This document shows, piece by piece, positions 23,456 through 34,523 of a stretch of DNA of 64,000 bases; within the stretch, counting starts at the first letter, position 1; each line of letters opens with the position of its first letter. The notes under the pieces were generated by a model. It worked only from the letters and a program-made list of their open reading frames with translations. It did no database searches and had not been told where the DNA came from. The translations under genes and the position numbers were made by a program. This stretch comes from Rebecca billardiae RCC1528. Its lineage: Eukaryota > Protista > Haptophyta. Where the stretch lies: the NCBI GenBank assembly GCA_965240325.2, contig OZ251224.1, forward strand, positions 4,030,001-4,094,000, given 5' to 3'.

Positions 23456-26400
23456 ATGGCCCCGAGCGTCGCAGCGGCGACCGAGCGCATGCCTCGTCGC
23501 AAGAATGCGCTTCGGCGGGAGTCGATCATCCCGAAACAGGAGATGGATTCGCTCGCGAGCTACTTCGCCTCGTTGAACGAGGGTGCCGACGACGCGACGG
23601 TAGGCGCGATCGGCGAGGAGGAGAGCTACGATGGCGCAGCAGGCCTGGATGGCGATGTGGCCGGGTACGGGCGCGCTGATTTGGCGTCCGCAGGGCACGC
23701 GCCTGGAAGCCGAGCTCGCCATTCCCTCGCGCCCATCCCATCACGGCCGGGCACAACCCCTGCCGGCGCCACGCGCGCCAGCATCAGCGTCGCGAGGGGA
23801 TCGCCAGCCTCGCCCCACCTGGGCCCCACCGTGCCTATGTCGCCGCGCCGGCTCGAGCCACTCGGGCACGCATCTGGCGGACGGGGCGGCGGTGCCTCAG
23901 CCTCACCCCATCTTCCGCCGGGCACTGCGCCCGTCAGCCGGCGCCATGATGCTGACGCCTACTCGCTGGGGCGGATGCCACCCAACCGCCCTCCGGTCGC
24001 GCAGCCGCGGTCGGCGCAGCAGCAGCAGCAGGATGCGATGGGACGGGCAGAGACGACGGTGAGCACGACGATCACCTTTGCAAAGGTCAAGGCGGGTGAC
24101 GTGACCGTGCCCCGGCTCGCCGACCTCGCTCCGCGAAGGCCGCAAGGGTCAGCCGAAGAGGCCGCCCGCGCAGCAGCTGCCATGAAGGGCGGCTATGAGA
24201 ACGCGAGCAGATCCAGCTGCTCGGCGGCTCAGCACTCATCAATGGGCTGTTCCGGGATCGAGGCATCATCCTCGCCGCAGGGTGGCGCCAGGGGACGCAC
24301 GAGCGCGATGCGTACGTCGGCCTCCTCGGTTCTGTCAAGCGTCTCATCCCAGGCGGCGGCCCGCAGCACAGCCACGACGCCGTCAAACCAGCGGCGCGGC
24401 GTCGGCATGCGCGCGAGCATGGACGGCGTGTCGTGGGACTCGATGCACCAGGCGAGCGGCGGCGGCGGCACAGCCGTGGACGAGCGTCGCGCGCGCGGCT
24501 CGTCGACCATCTTCGAATCTTCACGCAGCGGCAGCATGACCCACGCGGCGGCTGGTGCCGTGCAACAAAGCCTAGATGAGCAGCTTGGCGTCGGTCGTCG
24601 CTCACTGTCAGAGGAGACCGACGAGAATGCGGACGTGCCTCTCTTCATCGGCGGCATGGGCGCGCCGCATCAGCATGATGGCGACTTCGAGCTCAAGTCG
24701 CAGCACGACGACCGACTTGCCGGCCTTCCTGCTGGTGTGGGCGCTCCACGAGAGAGCGGGGCATTGGGGCTCCGGTCGTGTGAGACGAGCCCAGCCGCTC
24801 ACAGCCGCAGCTCCCTCAGGCAGCCCGGAGCTGGCGCGGCAACGGACGTGTCCAGGCGGCGCTACGAGCCTGGGCGAGGGTCGATGAGCGCCGCAGCGAT
24901 GGGCATCGAGCGCCGCGGCTCGGGGATGCGCACGACGCAAGCGCCACTCAGCGAGGGGCGCTCGCGAGCGCAACCACTTGCGCTGCTTCTCGGCGCGGAT
25001 GACAGCGGGGGCGGGCCCCAAGCGACGCCGAGCTCGAGCCGCCTCGCCAGCATGGCGGATCGAATCCTGGCCGGCGGAGCCGGGCACCGCGCGACGGACA
25101 ATACATCTGGCCCCAGACGAGCTGGCTCATCGCTTGCCGGCAAACCACAAGCTGGCCGGGTGTCGCAGGAGCGGGAGACGTCCCACTCGGCGAGCCGATC
25201 AGCTCAGCGGTCGCGAGGCCTCGTCGACAAAGCCCACGCGGACAATGTCGCTCTGGACGCCGAGAGGATACAGGCGCTGCTGCGCGCGCAGTGCGCGCTT
25301 GCGGCGGCGGGTGATCTGCACACGCTCGCGCGCACGCTGATCGCCAATGTGCCCGCCGTGGTGCCGTGCGTTCGCGCGCGCCTGTTCGTACCGCCCGCCG
25401 TGAGCAGCGGCGGGTCTGGCAGCGGCGACGCCAGCGGCGATGTCGTCGTGCCAGTGGGCATCAGCGATCGCGCTGGCGCCGAGCCAGCACCCTCAGCCGG
25501 CCTCGTGCACTGGGCGGCGAGGTCGGGCACGAGTGCGATCGTCGAGGACGCAGTCGCTGACTCGCGCTACAACGCGCCGCATGACGGCGTGCTCCCGCCG
25601 GCGACCCCGATGGCAGCGATCCCCCTGCGCGCGCAGACCGAGCATCAGGGCACGCCCGCGCTCGTTGGCGTGCTCGAGGTCGTCGGCCATGCCGAGGAGC
25701 CCTGGGACGACACGAGCATCCACCTGCTCGCGTGGCTTGGCTGCGCGCTGCAGTCCATCGTGAGCTCGCTGCATCGGCAATCGGCGGCGCAGGAGAGGGC
25801 GGTGGGTGCGGCGCGCGCGACCCTGGCGCGCGTGGATGCGCAGCACGGCAAGCTCGTCAGCGCTCTCGCCGCGTGCGTCCGATACCCACCGCCGGCGCGC
25901 GTGCTCGAGGAGCTCGCGAGCTGCACAGCCGTGTTGGGCACCGCGCGCAGCGCACGCATCTGGGTGCTGTACGAGGCTCGTCGCGGTTCGCAGGGGCGAG
26001 TGCCGCAGTCTCGCGAGCTGTGGCGGCCGGCGGAATGGCGCCTCCGCCTGGTGGCGCAGTGGCACCGCGGCGCACGGCCGGGAGAGCGGGACCAGGCGCA
26101 CGGCGCTGACGGGCCCGCCTCCGCTTCCGGCTCGCGCACCGAGAGCGAGGCCAACGACCGGAGCAGTGATGAGGGCGACGACGACGACGACGATGATGAC
26201 GACGAGGAGGACGAGGACGACGAGATGGAGGGCTTTGCGTTGCCGGCCGCCGTCGCCGCCGACCCAGCTCTGCGCGGGAGCGTCGCCGTCAGCGAGCTGC
26301 CCGCTGACCTCCGGCTGGCGCTCGAGCGCGAGCTTGGCACCGCCGGCGCCTCAGACGACGCCGGCGCGGGCGCGTCAGGTGATGGGTGCTCGGGTAAGAT

Positions 26401-27777
26401 CGTGCTCAGCGTGCAGCCCGCGACACCGCGTCAGCGCGTCGTCGTCGCGCTTGAGCGTGATTCAAGCTCGGCCGAGGCAGGCTCGTCGGTCGAGCGCAGC
26501 TCAGTCGGTACGGCATCGGAGCGCGCGCGCGCGGCCGCGCATGTGATTGCGAGCCCGCGCGCTCACGCGATCGCCACAACCACTGCCCATCCACGCCCCT
26601 CCAACGCAGAGCTACTCGCGCGCTGCGCAGCGAGCGCACTTCAGACACTCGGCTCGGGGGCCGAGTTGGCGCTCGCGCGTCGGCATCGCGCCCGCATCCG
26701 CTGGGTGCGGGCCATCGAGACCGTGCGCAGGCAGCGCACCTTTGTCGCGTGCGCGCACGACGCATGCGGCCGCGCGCGAGAGCTACTGCGGCGCCCTCGC
26801 ATGCGCTGGGGCTCATCGGCGCGAGCCCGCCACCCTCGACCCTGCCTTTGCCGCGCGCGCGCACAGGGTCGCCGTGCGCGAGCACCTCCTGCAGTCGATG
26901 GAGGAGCAGGCGCACGCCATGCGCCAGCGCGCCTCGCTGCTGCTCGAGTCGTCCGCCATCCTGTCCGCGATGCGCGACGAGCCCGGCCAGGACGGCACGC
27001 CAGGCGCGCAAGGTGCGTCGATGGAGGAGGCCACCCTCTCGATGATCGGCCGGCGTATCATGACGTACTCGGAGAAGCAGCTCGTGGTCGACCGCTCCTC
27101 GCTCTTCCTATACGAGGAGCGGAAGCTCGAGCTGTACACCGTGTACGCGACAGGTGCGCTCGCGCGCTCCGAGCGGAAGCGGCCCCGCGCTTGGCTTCCC
27201 CGCGCAGCCTACCGCTGACGAGTGTCCGCGGGTGGCGTGTGCGCGGCGTGCGGGCGCAGGTCTCGACCGGCAGCTCGTCCTCTCGGTGCGTGGCGGGCAG
27301 GCGGCTCGCGCGGGGCTGGTCGCCGCCGCCATCTCGACGGGCCAGACCGTTGTCACCTCCGACGCGTACACCCACCCGTGGTTTAACTCGGCATTCGACC
27401 GCGACTCTGGCTACCGCACCAAGTCGGTCGTGGTGATCCCGCTCAAGACGACGGACGGCGCGACGATCGGCGCGGTGCAGCTGATCAACAAGCACCCTTA
27501 CCACGCGGCCGGCGCGGTCCCGGGCTCCAAGGCCGCCGAGAAGATCGTCGACTTCTCCGCCGAGGACGTGCTGGTCGCAGAGGCGCTCTCGACCCAGATC
27601 GCGCTCACCATCGAGATCCTCCAGGTGAAGCGGCAAGCGGAGAACGCCGTGCAGCTCATGATGAAGGAGGCGGGCGGGAAGGCCCCAACCGCCGTGCCGC
27701 TGCCGCCTTCCGTCGGGCGAGGCGCGGCGTCTCGCCCCGGCCGTGTGCGACCTGCTCAGGCGGCTCAGCAGAGGTAG
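23456..27777 (+). CDS. Large GAF-domain protein with low-complexity N-terminus; introns 26749-26866 and 27154-27259
   Basis: GAF motifs GLVHWAARSG...VEDAVADSRYN and VDRSSLFLY...DAYTHPWFNSAFDRDSGYRTKSVVVIPL...GAVQLINK...FSAED. The introns restore the frame. Confidence 0.82.
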
Positions 27778-28090
27778 TAAGCTAGAGTCAGATCACTGAT
27801 CAGACGGACGGACGATATTATAACTATTATAAGTATAAACTATAAGACTCAGTCCATCACTCGGCTGCGTCTGCTGACGGCAGCTGCCTCGCAGTCGTGC
27901 GCCATATCGTCGTCATGTTGATGAGCAGCTGACGATGCGCAGTGAATGCTGATGCGATTACAATAATGACTGCTACTACGGCATCAGTGCGTGCTATGAT
28001 AATCATCTCCTCGATCTCCTCGCTGCCGGCCGCCGCCCTCAGTGGCGCCGGCCGCCAGCCTGGTCGCCCCGCTCGACCGAGCGCCTGTAC

Positions 28091-29902
28091 TTACTTGTCG
28101 TCGGCCACGTCGCCGAGCTCTGCGAGCACCCGCCCCGCCGCCAGCCCGAGGGTGCGCAGGAACTCGTCGACGTGCACGACGGTGTTGTAGTGCGCGTGCG
28201 CATTCTCCGCGTGCGCGTTCGTCCAGCGCACGTACGCCAGCCCCAGCACGCCCGCCAGCCGCTGGAACGAGTTGGTGCAGTAGCCACGCGGGCAGAGCTC
28301 CGCCACGGCCGCATGCGGAGGCAGCCAGATCATGTTGGCGTACCCCGCGCCGTGCATGCCCGTGAGCACGTCAGCCTGGCGGAGCAGCCGGAGCTGCGCT
28401 GCGAACGGGATGGCGGCAAAGTCGGCCATCGTCAGCCCGTGCGCGGTGCGCGCGCGCACCGCGGCCGCCACCTCTGGCTCGTTGAGGCAGCGCCGCTCGA
28501 CCGTCGCGCCGTATGCGCCGCCCGCGCCGCGGCCGCGCGAGATCCAGAGGACGCGCAGCCCGCCCGCGGCGCGCGGCGGCTCGGTGGCGGGCTCCACCGC
28601 GTCCCCCGCCGCCGCGCCGCCCGCCCCGCCGCCGGCCCCCGCGCGGGGCAGCGCGTACGGCAGCGCGCCGAGCGCCTCGAGCACCGAGCCGGTCGCGCCC
28701 CTGTAGAAGGCAGAGGTGCGACACGGCGCGCCGCGCGCGCAGTGCGGCGCGCACGGCGCGGCGCACGCAGCCTCGAGCGCCTTGCCGATCACGCCGCGCC
28801 CGTAGTTGGAGTGGAAGCCGCTCACGCCGACGATCGCGCGGCGCACCCTCCGCGCGCGCCCGCCCAGCTGCGCGAAGGTCGCCAGCGGCTCATCGCTGAG
28901 CGCCGCCCACAGCAGCGCGTGCCCGCCCCAGAAGGCGCGCGAGCCGGGCGCGGTGGCCTTGTCCGGCGGCATCAGCACGATCTGCACGCGCGGGCGCGCG
29001 CGGCCGCGCTCGCCCGCGCAGAGCAGCGCGAGCATCGCGTACAGCTGCAAAAAGTCATAGTGCCCCAGCCAAAAGTTCTTGGGCGAGATTCTGACGAGCA
29101 GCACAGTGAGCACGTCCTCAGCGCCCAGCGAGCCCGCGCGCAGCTCGGCGCCGCCCGCCGCAAGCGGCACGCCGCCGGGGGGCGGCGTGGCGAGCGGGGC
29201 GGAGGCGCCGCGTGTCGGCGCGGGTCCCGGACCGTCCGCTGGCGCATCCACGTCCGGCGCGCCCTCCGCGAGCGCCGAGGGCAGGATGCGTGAGAGCGGG
29301 CCGCTGAAGCGCAGCGCGCGCAGCGCCACGCGGTCGAGCGCACACCCGCGCAGCGCGAGCACGCCCGGCTGCCAGACGAAGGGGTTGGAGATCGTGGGGT
29401 GCGAGTAATCGACCGCCTCGAAGCCTCCCGCGCGCGGGTCGAGCACAAAGTGCTCGAGCTCGCAGAACCACGCCACGCCGCCGCGTGCGTAGCACGCGAG
29501 CGACGAGGGCGGCGCCGACGCCTCAGCGGCTGCGCGCACACCTGCCGGCGGCGGGCGGCATATCTCGGAGCGGTTGGGCTGCCAGGCGCTACGCCATCGC
29601 TCGTTGCAACACGTGCGGTACATCCGCTCGTCCGTAGTCGCGTTCACTACGACTGGCGCGCCGACACGCGTGCGCGCATCGGGCACAGCTGCCGCGGCCG
29701 CAGCGGCAGCGGGCGAGGGCGAGGGCTCCGCCGGGTGCCGCGCGTCGGCGATGGGCGTGAGGGCGCGTGGCGGCGGCCGGTGTATTCGCGCGCGCTGCGG
29801 CTGCTCAGCCCTCGTGGCCAGCACGAACGCCACCAGCGAGCCGGCGGCGAGCGCTAGCGTCACCAGTGCGAGCAGCCGCATGCCGCCAGGGCCGGCCGCC
29901 AT
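28091..29902 (-). CDS. Glycosyltransferase family 61 (EOGT/POMGNT2/xylosyltransferase-like), type II membrane
   Basis: N-terminal TM, VLWISR...RRCLNE and QLRLLRQADVLTGMHGAGYANMIWLP...ELCP. Confidence 0.88.
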   Translation of the reverse strand: MAAGPGGMRLLALVTLALAAGSLVAFVLATRAEQPQRARIHRPPPRALTPIADARHPAEPSPSPAAAAAAAAVPDARTRVGAPVVVNATTDERMYRTCCNERWRSAWQPNRSEICRPPPAGVRAAAEASAPPSSLACYARGGVAWFCELEHFVLDPRAGGFEAVDYSHPTISNPFVWQPGVLALRGCALDRVALRALRFSGPLSRILPSALAEGAPDVDAPADGPGPAPTRGASAPLATPPPGGVPLAAGGAELRAGSLGAEDVLTVLLVRISPKNFWLGHYDFLQLYAMLALLCAGERGRARPRVQIVLMPPDKATAPGSRAFWGGHALLWAALSDEPLATFAQLGGRARRVRRAIVGVSGFHSNYGRGVIGKALEAACAAPCAPHCARGAPCRTSAFYRGATGSVLEALGALPYALPRAGAGGGAGGAAAGDAVEPATEPPRAAGGLRVLWISRGRGAGGAYGATVERRCLNEPEVAAAVRARTAHGLTMADFAAIPFAAQLRLLRQADVLTGMHGAGYANMIWLPPHAAVAELCPRGYCTNSFQRLAGVLGLAYVRWTNAHAENAHAHYNTVVHVDEFLRTLGLAAGRVLAELGDVADDK

Positions 29903-30044
29903 CGTAGCCTTGGACCACTGGCCGGAGCGGCCGGCGGCGAGCGCCAACCCCCCCCGACGGCGTGCGTCGTCGAGCTTTCGCACGTGGTGCGGGGCGCGCG
30001 GGTCGCCGCTGGCATCGCCTCGCGGGCGTGGCGGTGCGCGCAGG

Positions 30045-30473
30045 ATGTCGGAGGGCGTGGCGTCCGGCTCATTTGCTTCGGGGGGCGACCAGCGCGACCG
30101 CGCGCGCAAGCTTGCCGAGAAGCGCGAGCGCGAGAAGGCGGAGAACGCAGCGCAGCGCGCTGCGCTCGAGGAGGAGACGGCGCGCAGCGGGCTCAAGAGC
30201 CGAGAGGAGCGCTTCGACGTAACCGTGGACACGTTCAACGACGCGCTCACGCGATCGACCGTCGGTCTCGTCAGCAAAGCCGACTACGGCCGGCTGCGCG
30301 CCGCCGTGGCCGCCGCAGCTGCCCCAGCGGGCGCGCCGGCCGCTGCGGAAACGGCCAAGGAGCGCGCGGCGAGGAAGCGCAAGGCAGAGCGCGAGAAGTC
30401 GCGCTCGCAGCAACGCCAGCGCAGTGCGCTCAGCTTTGCCGCCGACGATGACGACGAGGAGGCCGCAGTCTGA
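30045..30473 (+). CDS. FAM50/XAP5 N-terminal-like protein (142 aa)
   Basis: RARKLAEKRERE...ERF...DALTRSTVGLVS...ALSFAADD resembles the FAM50/XAP5 N-terminal region. Confidence 0.65.
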   Translation: MSEGVASGSFASGGDQRDRARKLAEKREREKAENAAQRAALEEETARSGLKSREERFDVTVDTFNDALTRSTVGLVSKADYGRLRAAVAAAAAPAGAPAAAETAKERAARKRKAEREKSRSQQRQRSALSFAADDDDEEAAV

Positions 30474-31079
30474 CGCGGCACATCACCACCGCGTCGGTGC
30501 ACCCGTGAGATACTCTCTCTCCGCGCGCCATTGTCATCGCGTCATCAGCTTTTCAACATTATTTTGGCGTTAAATCGCATGAAGTATTATTGGACTCCTG
30601 CCTAGCTCGGTACCCCGTACCGTCAACTTCGGCATTCGTCAACTAGAGGTGCGACGACAGCGCCATTGACGAAGCAACATTATGATGGCCCCGTATCGCC
30701 TCTTTATTGCTTCTGAAAGTTGGCCGAAGGTGCGCAGACCTCGGCGGCCGGTTTGAAAGAACACGTCCGCGCACCCGTTTTCGTGCCCGCAATTAAAGCA
30801 CGGGCGCCGCCGCCTGATTCGTTTGCCCCATGCACTGGGAATAACGTGATCTTTGGTTCTTCTCAACAATCCGCTTCGTCTTCTGAGCATCCGCGCCTAG
30901 TCGCGCGCTTGCAACGAACCTCAGCCTCTTGTTTGACCCCGGAACAGCAAGCTGGGCGTGAGCCAGCGCGCGCAGTCAACCGAAATGAAGCTAAACGCAG
31001 TGACGTGCAGCAAGCGTGAGGCGTGGCCGGCGCCACACATTCGCCGACACTCCCGCCGAGCGCCGCCCCGGGTGCGCAC

Positions 31080-32235
31080 ATGGCGCAGCTCCCGCGCTCG
31101 TCGTCGCTGCGCGAGTTCGTCTCGTCGCTGGACGGCGAGATCGACCTGCCCTACCTCTCGCTCTCCTTCTCGCACCACGGCCTCGACTCGCTCGACAGCC
31201 AGCGGCATGCGCGCGGCGCGCGTGCAACTGCCGGCTCGTCATCATCATCAACGGCGCCGGCGAATCAGCCCGCGGGCCCTCCGCCGCGGCACGTGGTGCA
31301 GCCCGACGAGGACGTGCAGCGCGCCATGAAGGCTGCGAGCGCCACGACGGGCCCGGCCAACGCCAACCCCGCGCCCGCCTCGCCCTCGCGGCGCGAGGCG
31401 CGCGCGCGCACGCCGCAGCTCACGCGCCGCCCGTCGTCATCGGGCTCTCGCGCGCGCGGCGCGGGGCGCTCGACGGGCGGCGTGCTCGACGGGCTGACCG
31501 TCTCGCTCGAGGGCGGCGAGATGATCCGCAGCCGCACCTTCCGCCTCTGGGGCAGCGCGCCCGGCGGCCGCGCGGTCGAGGGTGGCGCGGAGGCATGCAG
31601 CGCGGCCGACGGCGAGCCCTGCGGTGGCCTCGCCTCGCCTGTCTCGCTGACGCTGGACTATCGGCGGCGGCAGCGGGGGATCACGGTGACCGTGGCGCCG
31701 CGCAAGCTGCGCGTGCGCAAGCGCACCCTCCTCGCGCTGCTGTGCATCTTCAAGGCCACGATGGTCGTCGGCCTGCTGGGGAGCGGCGCGCAGCTGGGCG
31801 CCTCGGGGCTGCGCACGCCCGCGCTGCTCTCGGCGCGCGGCGCGGCGGGGCGCGTGGCGACGGGCGCGCCGATCGCGATGCTCGGGCCGCTGCCGTGGGG
31901 CGCCGGCGGCGCGGCCTCCTCGCCCGCCGCCGGCCGCGTCCCCGGCGCGCGCGCGCCGGCCGCGCGCGCGCGCTCGGCCGCGCGCAGCCCGGCACACGCA
32001 GCCTCCTCCTCACCCGCCGCCGCGCCGTTCGGCGCGGCGCTCGGTGGCCTGCGGCTCGGCTTCCCCGGTGGCGGCGGCGAGAGCGAGGGCGGGCGGCGCG
32101 TGCACCAGAGCCCCCGCGCCGCCTCCGGCGGCGGCGGCGGCCGACTCGGCTCGCTCGCGCTCGGCCTGCCCACGCTCGGCAGCGTGCTCGGCGGCCCGGC
32201 CATCGACTTGCCCTCAGCCAAGCCGCGCGCGGCGC

Positions 32236-32266
<31 letters not shown>

Positions 32267-33836
32267 GGCGGCGCGCGCGCGCGGCGCGGCGACGTCGGGC
32301 GGGCACCGCGCCGTCGCCTCCGCCGTCGACTCGCTCGCCTCCTCGCTGTACGAGGCGCAGCGCCGCGTCGCGCTCGACTTCGACGAGCTGACGGCGCAGT
32401 GCGCGGCCGCTCTCGAGGCGCAGCACGCGCACGTGGCGCGCGGGCTGCAGGGCGCGCTCGGCGGCGGCGGCGGCGCGGAGGCGGCGGCGGCGGCGGCGGC
32501 GGCGCAGCGGCAGCCGGCGCAGCAGCAGCGGCAGCGGGGTGCGCCGACGACGGCTCGGAAGCCGCCCGCGCCGGCGGCGAAGGCCGCGCCGGCGGCGGCG
32601 CCTGCGGCCGCCCCGCCGGCGTCGCCGCCCTCCGCAGCATGGTGGCCGCTCGCGTCGCCGCAGGCGGGCGACCTGGGCGCGCCCGCCGCGACGGTCGCGC
32701 CGCCCGCCGCCGAGCCCGCCGCGGCGGTCGGCGCGCTGCCCGCCGGCTTCGACCGCGAGCTCGCGATCACCTTCGCCGCGCTGTGCGGCACGTCCTACCA
32801 CGTGTGCACCGACGGCAGCGCGCCCTCGGCAGACACGGCGCCCGACACGGCGCGCATGGCCGCCGAGCTCGCGGAGGCCGGGCTCGAGCTCGTCGAGTCG
32901 TTCCGCGACAAGGAGGCGGACACGTTCGCGTTCCTCGCCGCCGAGCGCCTGCCCGCCGGCCTCCCCTCGCGCGCGCGCCGGAAACCCGGCGCGGGCGGCC
33001 CGCCGACCGCCGCGCTCGGCGCCGCGCACCGTCCAGTCACGCGCCTCTACCTCGTGTTCAGAGGCTCCGTGTCCGCCGTGAACAAGGAGCAGAACCTCGA
33101 CTTCATGCGCACGGAGTACGACCGGGCGGGCGTGGCGTTCGAGCCCGTGTGCGAGCGCGCCGAGGACGCCGTCTCGCGCGTGCTCGTCCACCGCGGCTTC
33201 CTGCGTGCGTGGCAGTCGCTGCGCGAGCGGACGCTCGCGGGCGTGCGGCGCGTGGGCGAGGCGGAGGCGCGCGCCGGCCGCGACGTCGAGCTGCACGTGA
33301 CCGGGCACTCGCTCGGCGGCGCGATGGCGATGCTGGCGTCGCTCGAGATCGCGCACGTCGCGCGCGCGGCGGCCAAGGCCCACAGGGCCGCCGCGCCGCC
33401 GAGCGCGCACGGCGGCGCGCTCGAGGCGGCGGCGCGCGCGCTCGCGCACGCGCGCGCGCGCGCCTCCTCCGCGCAGGGCGCCCTGGTCGCCCACTCCCTG
33501 TACACGTTTGCGGCGCCGCGGCTGGGCAACGCGCACTTCGCGTCGCTGGTGGGCAACGTGCTCGGCGCGTGCGCGGAGTACTGGGCGCTGCAGGCCGGCG
33601 GCGACGCGGTGCCGCACCTCCCGCTGCAGGCGATGGGCTTCGCGCACCCGCCGGGGCGCATCGTCTCGCTCAACAAGTACAGGCGCGTGGGCGCGCACAT
33701 CGACCACGCGGGCGACGACCACCGGCTCGACGGCTGGCTGCCGCGCGGCGGCGACCCGGTGAACTGGGTGCGCACGCACGACGTCGCGTCGTACGGCGAC
33801 GACCTCGCCAACCTCAGCACGCACGTCGCGCCATAG
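31080..33836 (+). CDS. Class 3 lipase with long low-complexity N-terminus
   Basis: LVFRGS, VHRGF, VTGHSLGGAMA (GxSxG), YTFAAPRLGN and DAVPHLP. Confidence 0.9.
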
Positions 33837-34523
33837 CAGCGCGCGCACCGCCTGCCTCCATGCCGTCGCGCGCACGGCGGCGCGGCGCGCGCGCGGCTGT
33901 TGCCAGCCGGCGCGGCGCGCACCACCCTCGACCCGCGGCTGCTTTTTATTTCGGTCCTCAACCTCGCGGCGCCGCGCACGCCGAGGCGTCCACTGCTTAG
34001 CTAGCCACTCCGCGGCGCGTCTTCCTCCACCTAGTTTCCGCCGCGTATTCGCCGAGCGCGGCCGACGCGCTCGCGCATCATCATTAGAGTTGTGCCCGCA
34101 TCCGCGACACTCAGGGCCGCCGGCGATGCAGCAACGAACAGCCTTCAACGAACGCCCCGCCGGTTTACGTCGCGTGCGCCGCGGTCGCCCGCACTGGCCG
34201 CGATGAGCGCACTACTAGTCGGCGCAGATTCCGATCTCGGCTCCGTGACGCGCTCGAGCATCCGCATCGCGCGCCAGCATCATCTACGCAGTACGCTAAT
34301 CATCATCATGCCGTCGTACGTACTCAGTAGTCACTCCGCTCTGTAGACTGTAGTAGAGTGTCGTAGTAGATCATATCGGCGTCAGCAGCAGAGTTCATCA
34401 GATGATCGAATCCTACTGGCGGCTTCGTAGACGTCGTAGTCGATGACCGGCTAATCGCCATTTAAATTTTTTAAATATATATATATTCGGTCTCGCGTGA
34501 GCGGCGTGATCGAGAAGCGCGCT

